Source: Asterionella formosa (lineage: Eukaryota). From it: 43,125 nt of DNA. Each line of letters begins with the position of its first letter. The stretch's first letter is position 1. The position numbers and the translations under genes are program-made. Of this stretch, positions 1 to 11,753 are shown in pieces. The notes under the pieces were generated by a model. That model worked only from the letters and a program-made list of their open reading frames with translations. It was not told the DNA's origin and did no database searches. The stretch spans positions 1 through 43,125 of the forward strand of contig NKIB01014463.1 in the NCBI GenBank assembly GCA_002256025.1, given 5' to 3'.

Positions 1-126
1 AAATAATTATGTGAAGTATTTCAAATAATTATGTGAAGTATTTCAAATAATTATGTGAAGTATTTCAAATAATTATGTGAAGTATTTCAAATAATTATGT
101 GAAGTATTTCAAATAATTATGTGAAG
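1..126. repeat. 22-bp tandem repeat (AAATAATTATGTGAAGTATTTC), at least 5.7 perfect copies, truncated by the window edge
   Basis: Five identical units at 1-110 plus a 16-bp partial unit. Degenerate related units continue to about 310. Confidence 0.95.
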
Positions 127-867
127 GTGATCACATAATATAGTGATGATCAGGAATGCATGCATGATACTTTGATCAAATATTTAACGTGATGTATTCA
201 GATAATATATAGACATGTTCAACTACGTATTTTGATGTATTCAACTAATTCATGTGATGCATTCAAAATCAACTAGGCTTATTTACGTGATGGTCACTTC
301 ACGTAATACGCGGCTTAGATGTGGTGTGAAAGAAATAGTGGGTTCTAGCATCAACCCAACCAACATACCATTTCGACTAATAATAATTATGTAATAGTCA
401 AAATATCACTCTGAGTACATGGGGCTTATTTAACAAGCCGAAAAAATTTGGGGAAATTCTTGGTAAAAAAGTTTTAACTTGAAAAAGGGAAGGGATGCTC
501 AAGGAGACTGGCATCCACTTACAAAGAAATGTCGACCTGTCAACCTCCAGGGCTTTCTTCATGCAACAGGGTGCAAACAGAGAGGAGGATCCCTGGTTCA
601 GACAATCTGTAAACAATGAAGAATTTTCTATCAACCATCCATTTGAGATTTGATATTCAAACAATACTCATCTTCTGCAATGAAAAAGAACACACCATGT
701 ATGTTGGGTTGATCCAAGACGAGAATGCTGCCAAGGAGAGCCATGCAAAGCTATTCTATTCCAGTAGTTTCTCTTTGAAGATGCCTAAAAATGATGTTTA
801 TGTTTGAACTTGAAAAAGTACCAGGAATTATAACATATGCATTTTGCCTACTTTTGCTATCATGATT

Positions 868-1048
868 ACATGGGCATCATTGTTGAATTTCTGTGCAGGA
901 TGTTTTGCTTTCACGATTTTTACTCTGAAAATGTCCTCTTTATGATAACGTGTGACAATAACATGGGAATCATTGTGCCATGGCTGTGCGTGCAGGTTGC
1001 TTGGCTTCCACGATTTTTCACTCTGAAAATGTCGTCTTCATGACGACG
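868..1048. repeat. Imperfect tandem duplication, period about 93-98 bp
   Basis: ACATGGG(C/A)ATCATTGT...GTGCAGG...CACGATTTTT...ACTCTGAAAATGTC(C/G)TCTT occurs starting at 868 and at 961. Confidence 0.8.
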
Positions 1049-1781
1049 CCTGCTGACGTTAATATGAAAATCTAGCTGTGAATGAGTCTCAACTTGAATT
1101 CGGAAACGCATACGAACCCTCCAAAAACAATTCGAGAAGCGAATTCTCCTGTAGGAATTCACCAGAATATAGTAATATTAACGGTATATAGCTTTCTAAA
1201 ATTCAGCAGAATGAATGCTATCATTAGTTAGTCGTGCTGAATGCGACAAATTCACCATGCAAATCGTAGACGAGGGAAACTATGATGGCGACCTCATTTC
1301 TTCGATGAGAACTATGAATATGATAGAAACGGTACATAATATCTTTATAATACGAAGCGAGCTGTGCTCACAAGTTTGCGAGAAAATATAAATGGTACAT
1401 AAATATTTCGCCTTCGCTGCTATCAACTCACTTACGTTCACTCATCTCGACTGCAGGTATGAGCAAATTATGCATTCTCAATTCAATTAATCATCACATC
1501 GCAAAGCTTTAAGGATCCGAAACACATCAACCATCATATTCCTTGAATGTTCACACGTCCAATCCTCTCGTCTAATATGGGAAGCAGGGATGACGTGTTT
1601 GGAAACGTTGCGCCAGCTATTGCAATATTGACATCATCCCCTGCATCTGCAAGTTCACCATCGTCGGTGAGTATCAAAGCCGAGACAAGCGGCAAGAATT
1701 AAAAAACTTCTTTGTTTCATATCCGATGAACTCACACGGAAACGCGGATACACCGACCTTGTTGTAACCAAGGGCCAATTG

Positions 1782-2840
1782 ATGTATCGCACTCCTTCAG
1801 GATCAGTTGATTCACAATCTTCAAAACCTGACTGCTGGCAGCAAGGACTAAAGAATCAGAAAGCGGAAATATCATCAAGATTAAACCGACCTAAACCTAC
1901 TCCCATGGATCCAGGGCAAACAGCCAAGTGCCACGAGCGCCACTTTGTCGTTCATAACTACCACGATCGATGCAACGAGGAGGTATTCCTGAAGAAATCA
2001 AATGCGAACCAGCACTCCACTTCAAATGCCCGAGGTGGGGTCGTCACTCCTTTCCCACTCATTCTACACAATATGCTCGAACGCATAGTAGGTGTGGGTT
2101 TGGGTCATGTGATTTCTTGGAATCCTCATGGTCGAGCATTTGCAGTGCACGACACCAAAGCATTCATCACGAATGTCATGCCTAGGTTTTTCCGTCAAAG
2201 CAAGATGTCGTCTTTTCAGCGCCAGTTAAATCTCTATGGATTTGCTCGGCTTACAAGGAATGGGCCTGACAAGGGATCTTACTATCATGAATACTTTCTG
2301 CGAGGCAGGCCTGACTTATGCGCGATGCTACATCGAACACGAGTCAAGGGGACAGGCGTACGTACGTGCGGTAATCCCGAGTCAGAGCCTGACTTTTCCT
2401 TGATGAGTCCAGTGCCATTTGTGAAGAGAGGTGAAAATGACGTGATAGAGAAACGTTTAAAATTATCACCAAAGGAAGGCTCTAAAGCTAAGAAACCACC
2501 CTCGAGGAAATCTTTGACTGGAGATTTCTCGAGGTCACTTCATTCTGCACCATCACGAAAAGCACTACCGTACGAGGTGCAAACATCGCCTTTGTCTCGA
2601 CCATTGGCATTGACGAACATGCTCAATTCCAGTATAAATACAATGCAGTATAGCGATCTCGCAATCAATCCCTACTTGCATTCACCAGGACAAGAAACCT
2701 GGCATCACACTGATTTTTGCGTATGCGACGACAGGAACTTTTCACAGCAAGACAGTATGGACCACAGCGTTAGCGTGGACAGTGATGATGATATGGACGA
2801 CGTGGAGTTTGGGATGCTTCTTCAAGAAGTTCTAGACTGA
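1782..2840 (+). CDS. Heat shock transcription factor (HSF-type DNA-binding domain)
   Basis: Motifs GGVVTPFPLILHNML, ISWNPHGRAF, FFRQSKMSSFQRQLNLYGF, YYHEYFLRG. The start is uncertain: an upstream exon at 1547-1666 (GTGAGT donor at 1667) could splice in frame to the AG at 1772. Confidence 0.92.
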   Translation: MYRTPSGSVDSQSSKPDCWQQGLKNQKAEISSRLNRPKPTPMDPGQTAKCHERHFVVHNYHDRCNEEVFLKKSNANQHSTSNARGGVVTPFPLILHNMLERIVGVGLGHVISWNPHGRAFAVHDTKAFITNVMPRFFRQSKMSSFQRQLNLYGFARLTRNGPDKGSYYHEYFLRGRPDLCAMLHRTRVKGTGVRTCGNPESEPDFSLMSPVPFVKRGENDVIEKRLKLSPKEGSKAKKPPSRKSLTGDFSRSLHSAPSRKALPYEVQTSPLSRPLALTNMLNSSINTMQYSDLAINPYLHSPGQETWHHTDFCVCDDRNFSQQDSMDHSVSVDSDDDMDDVEFGMLLQEVLD

Positions 2841-3360
2841 TGGAGCTCGATACGATTGCTGTGTCCACCACTTTAATAGGTTGCAGACATACGGATTCCA
2901 CTGTTGCATCTAGGGCAAAACAGCATACGGCAATTAGAGCTAGATATATGATTACATGATGGATGCAATATTGCAAATTGAAGCTTTGATTGATAGGAAA
3001 CAAATACTAATGATGGCTTCATGCGAAAGAAGTTATTACAATGTTCCTGTGAATCGTGACTATAGTTTGACTCTAAAATTGCATGTGTGATATATACGGT
3101 ATTCCTCTTAACGCATTCTTGAATTTCATACTTACTCTGTCAAACAGAGACAAGACAATACTGGTATGTATTATCGGAAAATTGTCGGAAGCGAAGCTTA
3201 AAGAATGCGTGGTGTATATATACACGTATAAATATGAATATATCCATTTTCGTAACCAGTAATAAGAAGCATACGCCAACGTACCGGTACTCTGACCCAT
3301 TATTCTTTTGATTAGTTCGACCATAATTATTCAGTGCTTTGGAAGAAACAAACTTCTATA

Positions 3361-3910
3361 GGACTTTATGTTACCCCTCCTTGCTAATTTTGGAAAAATC
3401 GGTCATTGAGATTGCCCTCAAGCAAAATAAAGCACAAAAAACCAACAGCAATGTTAAATCAATCAGCTGATTGACAATGGTAGTGCTTTTTGTTTTGTTG
3501 GGGAGCTAATAAATAGGTTTCATAATAACAAAAAACTATAGGAATTCATGCTGACTAGAGACTATTGTAATATGCTTTGGGGCAGCCACTTTGGCATTCT
3601 GATGGATACTATGTGGGCTGTTAGCTTGACAATTTTCATTCGATGGCATTCCAAATATTGATCTCCCAAAAATCCATCTGAGAAATCGCATTTTGCCACT
3701 CCTCCATCGCCACATCTGTCCATTGAATTACCTGTTCATTGCTTCCCTTATCCCTGCTGCTCTGTTCATTGTAGCATCGCTTGAAACCTTCACCAATTGG
3801 TTCCTTGTCTGATTGCTGATTCCGAATTTATGGATAATTCCTTGAATTCAATTACGCAAATTTTCTTGCAAATCATCCCATTCCTCATATCATCTTTATC
3901 GCTGCTTCCA
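3361..3910 (-). mobile_element. Decayed dispersed repeat / transposon remnant, copy A
   Basis: Colinear with 19740-20257 in the opposite orientation. Shares an exact 28-mer (3793-3820 vs 19804-19831) and the same terminus GTAACATAAAGT(C/T)CT. Confidence 0.7.
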
Positions 3911-4871
3911 CAAGAATGAGGAGGAATGAAAATGGATATATGAGTGAGATTCTCGTGGACAATGATGTGCTACAATATCCGGTCTGCTGCTGGTCACTTT
4001 TAGAAAGACAGTATCTCCTATGTTTGACACAAAAGGGACAACGGGTACAATTCCCTCACCTCATCCAACCAGCTACCAATAACCTATCAGCCTGTGTGAT
4101 GCTGCCTGTGCGACACCAAGCAACAATCACAACAAACTAGACCACAAGAATGACAATAATGGTGATATGTGACAATGTGGTAATATTTATAGTGAACTTG
4201 TATTGCTCTCTGTACTGCTATCAAGAAGAAAGCTCAAGTCTGGAATGCTGCCAAGATACACTAAGAAAAGAAGAATTTGAAAATTGAAATGGCAACAATA
4301 GACCCCTTACTTTGCATCGCTTGATTGGCATGGTGAAAAAATATTGATTTAGGTAAGAAAGCACAAGACTATTTAGGATTTTTTTAACATTCAGTTTCTA
4401 TTGCCCTTTTTGTCAACAAGCATTTGAAGCACAAAAGGTTACATGTGGTGTCGATACTCTCATTGAAGGTCAACGTCTGGGGATTTAAACATTTTTAGGT
4501 GGTAATAATTTGCCAGTAATGGGTCTCAACAGTATTCATTTTTTAAATCTATAATTGAGGTATATAAATATATATACTATGTTGATTATGGACTACCCTC
4601 TCTGTTTTTTGCGAGATTTCTTTTTAGGAAAATGAGAGCTATTGTCATGACTGCTTGACCCGATCCACCACATAAAGCATCCGCTTGAGTAATGCGTTCC
4701 AACGAAATGCCCTCCATGCAGATGTTTGAGTTCGAATTGTAGCTCGTGGTGCCGATGAGTTGTTATTTTGGACCAGGTGTGCTTAGTGCAGAAAATATTA
4801 AAGGACGTGAAGAATCCTCGGCAAGGGACTGCTGATTAACCTTGCAGGTGAGTACAGTTGATATGGCATCA

Positions 4872-5573
4872 TCAGCCGAAGGCCTTTTCCAAAATGTCAT
4901 TCTCCTTTCGGATTCCGGCAGATTTAGTACCCCCATTCACTTTGACCACTGACACTGCGTCTTCAGGAGGAGGAGGAAGGAAGAATCTTACACGTTTTCT
5001 TGGCCTAAATGTGCTCTGAGTTGTAGTATCAGCTCGATTCTCCTGGAGAGAACAACGCGCCCTTTTCAAGGAGGCAATCGCAGCTTTGCTAGATTTAGTA
5101 CTTGGAGCCAGCACTGGAAGGTCTTTCCTGTTGATACCCACGAGACTTTTCATAGCCCCATACAACAAGGTTTTGGCCTTGTTACCGTTTCCAGCGTCTC
5201 GCCATGCAGAACTGTTTCTTGCTTGAACATATATCTTGGCATTTTCCTTTTCGAAAATTTTGTTGCAGATAGAGTAAGCGATGCGGTAACTAATGTTGTT
5301 GGGTTTGTTCCAATTGTCAACAAAAAGTGTTCGGTTCATTTCCGTTAACGAAATGAAGAATGTATGTCCATCGTGAAAGCTCGGGACCAACTCAATGCAT
5401 CCATTTTTGGAAATGGCTAGAAATATATCTCGGGAGGTCTTCGGTATCCCCTTTGGCAATCTTGCCTCTTGTCTCAGAACTGTATGTTGTGTGGCGGTGG
5501 CGATGCTTGTCTTGTCATTTTCGCTCAACGAAGCAACGACGAGATCACGGCTTCGAGATGTTTCGGGAAGCAT
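4872..5573 (-). CDS. Hypothetical protein with a divergent DUF6824-like domain and a basic NLS-like motif
   Basis: 233-aa ORF with ATG start. DIFL...HDGHTFF...IAYSICNKI...KIYV...W-x7-AK...GAMK parallels the diatom DUF6824 pattern DVLxG...HPGNxxF...IAxxIV...GRFL...W...AREKVxQALR. RPRKRVRF is NLS-like. Confidence 0.65.
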   Translation of the reverse strand: MLPETSRSRDLVVASLSENDKTSIATATQHTVLRQEARLPKGIPKTSRDIFLAISKNGCIELVPSFHDGHTFFISLTEMNRTLFVDNWNKPNNISYRIAYSICNKIFEKENAKIYVQARNSSAWRDAGNGNKAKTLLYGAMKSLVGINRKDLPVLAPSTKSSKAAIASLKRARCSLQENRADTTTQSTFRPRKRVRFFLPPPPEDAVSVVKVNGGTKSAGIRKENDILEKAFG

Positions 5574-6510
5574 TGCTCGTCTTTTATTGGTAAGTGAAGA
5601 GGGAAAGGTTCAATTCGCTTGGTTAGTTGTTGTAATTTGTTAGAAGAATAATACATGTAAAAGATGTGGGTTGGATGATCTTGTCTGAATGATGGCGGTG
5701 TACTGTATGGATGGATGTTCGTCGGGCGCATCGAGTCGTCCATCATACAGCCAATATGCTCCGAGCGGCATCAATCGTGTCAGATGTTGAGCATGATCAT
5801 GTCGCGTTCCAATACCGGTACGGTACCCGGTATACTATTCTTATCAAGAATTTCATTATCTGAGCCCGATGATATTTAAGTAGCTATGTTTATACAGGAA
5901 TGTTCGGGTCGTTCCAAGACGATATGATTCTTGGAATGGAATCAACCTATTGTGCACACAGTACAGGTACCAGGTACCAGGTACCAGTATACCGGTATCT
6001 ACAAGGGTACGCTGGTAAGACGAAAGATGAATATTTACGACAGTTGTACCATGTACGCTGTGTATGTACACATGAATGGACTGGTATTTGTCCGACGGCA
6101 TGCTTTGCTTGTATATGCAAACAAAAATGTGTATATATGTATAAGTAAGTATGCCAGTATGTATGATCCCTGAATATCAATTTATTTTAGACTACTATGT
6201 ATCGAGTCTACATATTTTGTATGCCGTCTACCAGATGTTCAACCTAGGACCAGGTAGCTATTCTAGTGCACGCGCAATGATTCACCCCATCGCATGGCTG
6301 AGCTGCATAGATGTAGCGATGATTTTGATTTCTAGCTTCATGCAAATGATGTGTGCCGTGGCGATTGCTCCTCTTTGTCATATACACACACACTCGCACC
6401 TAACAAATGCAATCATCAGAAACGCGTGAGCACACAAACACACACCAACCAACCAACCAAAAAGCCAACCAGCCAACGAGAGCTATTCAAATCAGCTTCT
6501 CGCAGTCAGC

Positions 6511-7512
6511 ATGAACTCGACGCTCTTTCAAGAAGCTAGAGCCTTGTTCTGTAGCGCATGTCGTGCCGGCTGCCAAGACGAATCAGCATCAGTACTGCCA
6601 CTGAAGCGCTGCGGTCGTTGTAAACTTACTCAATACTGTAGTGTCAAATGTCAGAAACAACACTTTTTCTTGCATAAGAATCTTTGCAAGCGAATTCATG
6701 AATTACGTGACATGGAAACTGAAATTGTTTGTGACAACAACACCCATCTTGGTACGGATTCATTTACGCAAATTAAAACAGAATTGGCACGATGCTCCTT
6801 CATTGCTGCCTATCAAAGCTGTGATACCTTGGAACGAGGTGCCAGCATGATGGAAATATCTCTTCGGCACTATTTCGACATGATTCCTACCATCCCTTCT
6901 GTATTTTTGCAACACTTTCATGTAGTTTCACTTTTACTTGTTGCTCTCAACAACGACATGGAGGCGTTGTCCTTGATTAATTACTATCATCAGTATTATA
7001 GTCACGTCATCGATCCAGAGCAAAGACTTCTACTCGAAGACGAGATGTGCAACAATTATACTACAAACAATGTGGGTTGGATCGTTCCTCTCCAGAATGT
7101 CACCATTGAGATTTCGTCTGACCCTAACATGAAGCCAAACAACATCTCCATGGTTTCGCTGATATTGATGCTAATTATCAAAATGAAACTCATGATCCAA
7201 TTGCGAACAAAGAAGCACAATAAGGGCCAAGATGATGCTGCCATTCAGCAACAACAAGTGAAGTTTCTTGTGGATTCCATTCATTGCAGAGATCCCTTGA
7301 TTTTATTTCATATTCGTGATTCGATTCCTCTCACATTCAATGATGTTCCAGAACTAGTGGATGATTTTGCAGGAATACAAGAACATTTATTGTTGTTGCA
7401 AGACTGTTTCTTCCTTTCTCCTGGAGTGAGATCCCTTTTGGATGATTTTGTTCAAGATGACGAAGAAATTGATGATTCGTCTATTGAAAATCCTACGGAT
7501 CTACTAGACTAA
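6511..7512 (+). CDS. MYND zinc finger protein
   Basis: CSAC...LKRCGRCKLTQYCSVKCQKQHFFLHKNLC matches the MYND C4-C2HC spacing. 333-aa ORF. Confidence 0.9.
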   Translation: MNSTLFQEARALFCSACRAGCQDESASVLPLKRCGRCKLTQYCSVKCQKQHFFLHKNLCKRIHELRDMETEIVCDNNTHLGTDSFTQIKTELARCSFIAAYQSCDTLERGASMMEISLRHYFDMIPTIPSVFLQHFHVVSLLLVALNNDMEALSLINYYHQYYSHVIDPEQRLLLEDEMCNNYTTNNVGWIVPLQNVTIEISSDPNMKPNNISMVSLILMLIIKMKLMIQLRTKKHNKGQDDAAIQQQQVKFLVDSIHCRDPLILFHIRDSIPLTFNDVPELVDDFAGIQEHLLLLQDCFFLSPGVRSLLDDFVQDDEEIDDSSIENPTDLLD

Positions 7513-9977
7513 CACCAATGCAATTTTGCATTTATGTTTTAGTTTGACATTATAGGTCAGATAGAAAATAAAACATTGCACATACTATTATGGTATACTT
7601 GGTACAGCACCTTGGAATTCAAGGGTTTCTAATGATGGCCCTTATTATTTCCACTTTAAATTGGCAACATTTTGGTATGTTATTTGACTGTGGGTCACAG
7701 GTTCAGCATGGATTTGATGTCAAAACTCGAGTTTTGAAAAAGACGACAATGATACATTGTCAGCTATTAAGAACAACAAGATTAGCCAAGGTAATATATA
7801 AGCACTTTGGTCTTCTTCATGGAACTACTTATTTCATCTGTTGCTGATAGTTGCTTGATCTATCTTGATTGCTAGGTCATCCTACTTTGATGTACCATGT
7901 TACCCAGTGTTCTATTAGGGGAATGTGATAATTGGTTTGTTCCTCAGCTGTGCCACAGGTATAAGTATGGAGCATCAGGGACTGTACCTGGTAAGTACCA
8001 GTACCAGTTCTATAATAGTTCCAGGTCTAGGTCTAGGATAAATGGAAGTCTAGACTACATCACTAGGGTACCCCTAGTGATAACGAAGCAATGCATAAAA
8101 TAAACAAGTGTGAAAGATATGTGGAACAAGAAATCCCATTTATGTTGCCATGCCCTAGCTACATTGTAATGCGCATCATTATTAGCACTCCGTAGACCCG
8201 TATTTAAACTGTGCGCACCGGTATCCACCGTATTGTACAACATTTGTTTAACTGTGTTCCTAGCGACAGCGGTACACTGGTAGAATATAATAACGGTATA
8301 ACGGTACTCCTACGAATATAAAAAAGGACCAGAAAGAATACCGGCATGTAGAAAAGCAAATTATAATTATTGTGTGATCTCCGCGCATGCTTGACGAGTC
8401 AACAGTGTCCACCCAATTCGCTGGTAAATACAATAGCACATTTGTGTAGAGATACCACGCTCTAAAATAAAGCCTTGATTTGACCCGATAACATCAATTA
8501 CAGAAACAATTTCACTTCCAGCTGACGATAGTATCGTATCATATTACTTCAGTCTCAGCACACATTCAACATGTCTGCTTTCATTAGTTATCACCAACCT
8601 TGATGTGCACATGAAAATGTGTTGCTTTGCATCCAAGAGACGGTACGATACACAACTTTGTGAACCTTTAGTGGTCAAGCGTCCTCAATGTTTTCTCGTC
8701 ATGGTGACAACGTGAATGATCCATAGTGAGGTTACAATAAATATTTTATAAAGACGCAAGAAGAAATTACATGATCCCAGACACTTTCTCCTTTCTCTGA
8801 AATAAAGGCCAAAGTCACAAGAGTTCATACACCTTTCTTTTCTTTCGTTGTTTACACTCACACAGTACTTTTAAACGTTTTGATAGGGGATGTTTGATTT
8901 GCCAGAAAAGGTGGGAATCCATTTTATTGTTATAATCATTACAAATTCATAATTCATGAATGCTCCACCCCCACGAATTAGTCAGGATGTCCTTGGTCCA
9001 AGAGAGAAAAACTTGTTTTTCTTTTTAAACTCTAATACTGTATCATCTGTTACATTTGTGGAAAAGTATAGCACTCTGGAGAAAAGTGACGAACTGCCGT
9101 TCTTTCGTTTTGAAACAACAAATTTTGGTTCGTCGTGTAAATGCTTTTTCTTTTGGATTGTGTCAAACCGCAACCCTTCGAGAGTAGATGCCAACTTTTC
9201 TTTAATTCAATGAAATGTGCATCTTAGTGGGGTCTAACGCAAACATTTATATTTTTTTCACATACAGCAGGATGGATCATATTATATCCATGCCTATTAT
9301 TAATAACTGTTGTTAATAATAGCACAAACAAACTACACACACCAATGGTGGAGCAAAGATAAGGTAAATAGGACTTGACCACAACGACATGAACAAAACG
9401 GGGGCTTCACTTTTGTTTTCGAACTTATTCCATGATTGATGAAAAACACATTCAATCCCCCAATAATGAAACTATGGATGTTACAAAGGCTCATCGGCCG
9501 GCCTTGGATGTGTGGACGATATATTCCTTACTTGCTCATGTATCTTGTGGCTCACATTCATACACTATATATATATACAGGTAGGTGGGTTGGTGATCTT
9601 TTGATTCTTCTTTAAATAAACCCTGGGGAAAAACACTCTGTGGTTTGTGTTTGTTCATGACATACCTACAATTTATCACACCCCAATAGAACCCATTTTT
9701 GACTTGGCCAAGGAACTTTTGTCACACAATATGACTCAAACACGAAATGAACGGCGTACGTCGATTTTCATATGGAGTTCCTTCTTGTGCCAAGCCTACA
9801 TTTTTTACTAGTTATGATGTATTGAAGAAGTATATCATTGGACTCACTTCTGCTTTCGAATACTGATTTTCCGTCAGGCGAGAGAGGCTTGGAATTGAAT
9901 TGTTTTTCCAGCAATTGTATAGAAGTGGCCATGCCGAGGTGGCCTACAAATTGATCTCTTCATGTCAAGTGAGGTCA

Positions 9978-10021
9978 AATCATGATCTGTTGCTACAGTA
10001 ATCATGATCTGTTGCTACAGT
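9978..10021. repeat. Exact 22-bp tandem duplication AATCATGATCTGTTGCTACAGT x2
   Basis: Two identical adjacent copies at 9978-9999 and 10000-10021. Confidence 0.95.
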
Positions 10022-10151
10022 GTCCGATGAGGCTATCAATTAGTCTTGTGAAACAGGATTTTTGTAGCAAAAAAACATGCCATCTAAATAGTTTATAAAA
10101 TAATGTCAATACATGCAAGTGAAATTACTTCAAATGTGTACGAACCTTGAG

Positions 10152-11063
10152 CTATGCATCGATTTCCACCACTGGGGTATTAGAACAAGCCGTTCGCCAC
10201 ATATTAACAAATCTTCTAGCCATTAATGCCCCTTCCTTTGTTTGCAAACCCAGACCTCCAAATTGCACCGCTCTCTTGCCATCGGTTAGTTGACACTCTT
10301 CTGGTGTCCATTGTACTTGTAATAATTCTTTTTTGGAAACCCATACTTCCATTCTCGATTTGTACATATCCTTTGATATTTTTTTGCGTGTTTCCTCTAA
10401 TGCTTTCTTAACATTCCAATCGACAAATTTCCTATACTTGGGAGGATAGTTTTCATTCCAATCCTTTTGCTCTGCCACATGCTTGGCAAAGGTTGCACCG
10501 ATGTGTCGTACGACTCTGAAATATTCATGCCCAGTCCCAGAGACTAGTGCGGACCCCCCATAGGTGGTCAACATACCGCCATTGGGCAAGGTCCTGCCAT
10601 GTCGTATGAAATAGTTCAAGGGAAACGTATTCAAATCTGCCATCCATCCACCCCCCACACCTGCCATGGCAATCCATCGTTTGTACTCAGCTACAGCATC
10701 AGGTACAAGGAACGATTCGTCAGTAAGGAGAGCCATAAGGTCTTGATAGTCAGGGATCATTCGACAATCGTTTTCGGAGATTATCCTTGGGTCCCACCCC
10801 ACGTCGAACCACGCCTTTTTCCAAGTTTCGACGAGATCGACAGCTGGGTCGTTCGGTTTGAAGGTTGTGGGTGCGTCAAAGTAGGTATAAATACAAGGGC
10901 GAGTTTCGTCCAATGTCTGGAGTCGTCGATGAATCGGTGTCAGGCGACGAGAGAAGATGTGATGCTTGGCAGCGAAATGGACGAAAAATAGCAAAAAGAC
11001 AAGCGCCCCAAACAGATAGACGGTCCGTTTACTGGCTTCCTTCCTTAAGCAGTTGTGCAGCAT
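10152..11063 (-). CDS. Type II membrane protein, glycosyltransferase-like (DxD-type fold, diatom-expanded family)
   Basis: First ATG at 11063, followed by an N-terminal TM (VYLFGALVFLLFFVHFAA) and an RRL motif. Core motifs IYTYF, WKKAWFDVGWDPRII, RWIAMAGVGGGWMADLNTFP. Confidence 0.75.
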   Translation of the reverse strand: MLHNCLRKEASKRTVYLFGALVFLLFFVHFAAKHHIFSRRLTPIHRRLQTLDETRPCIYTYFDAPTTFKPNDPAVDLVETWKKAWFDVGWDPRIISENDCRMIPDYQDLMALLTDESFLVPDAVAEYKRWIAMAGVGGGWMADLNTFPLNYFIRHGRTLPNGGMLTTYGGSALVSGTGHEYFRVVRHIGATFAKHVAEQKDWNENYPPKYRKFVDWNVKKALEETRKKISKDMYKSRMEVWVSKKELLQVQWTPEECQLTDGKRAVQFGGLGLQTKEGALMARRFVNMWRTACSNTPVVEIDA

Positions 11064-11511
11064 TTTTGGAATTGAGAGACTACAGCACTTAGTTGGGTAG
11101 TACTCAGGCAACCGAGTGGTTAGCAAGTCAAAGATGGTCGCAATTACTCCAGAGTACACCACAACAAGAAAGGAGGGTGGAATGGTGATGAAGGCCGAAA
11201 AAACTGCAAAGATACCTGATGGTCATAAAGGGAAAAGGAGTATCGGTACCGGTAGTATTGTTAGAGTCATAATGATGCCTGAATGTCCATTTCATGCGGA
11301 GGTAATGTCTCTACGAAATACTCGCATTCTATGTATGTCACAAGGGAAACAAATGCATGACAACTTGTTGCAACAGGTCTTGTCCCTCTGGTTGACTGTT
11401 GATACTACCAGTACCAGGATTGTATTATGTATACCTAACCAATAGTAACTGGTAGTAGCTGCTAATGTAGAATGTAGGCTCACTGCTGATCTGCTGATTA
11501 TCATATGTCGC

Positions 11512-11512
<1 letters not shown>

Positions 11513-11562
<50 letters not shown>
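11513..11562. repeat. (CTTT)12 microsatellite
   Basis: Perfect tetranucleotide run. Confidence 0.95.
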
Positions 11563-11753
11563 ACCAGTAGTTAATTAGTATGGTAGCTATGGTAGTAGAG
11601 ATTTTCAGGTATAGCTGCTGGCCATGCCAATGGAAACTCTCTGATGGTTATAGCTCCTTTTCAAGCTAATAATAGGATAATGAAGATGTATAATTGGAGC
11701 ATTATACTGTAATGAAACTGAACATACCATTTTGTAATGTTTATAGTACTAGT

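Noticed and set aside
1..126. CRISPR array
   Set aside because: The repeats are directly adjacent with no spacers, the context is eukaryotic, and there are no cas genes.
1120..1160. Heat-shock element upstream of the first HSF
   Set aside because: Only two properly phased nGAAn units (TTCGAGAA), with no canonical third unit.
5856..6429. Several short overlapping ORFs
   Set aside because: Products of GGTACC/TATG low-complexity sequence (VPGT/YQVP translations).
8760..9900. Coding remnant on the minus strand (70-aa ORF and neighbours)
   Set aside because: Multiple stops in the frames examined and no recognisable motif, so it cannot be supported.
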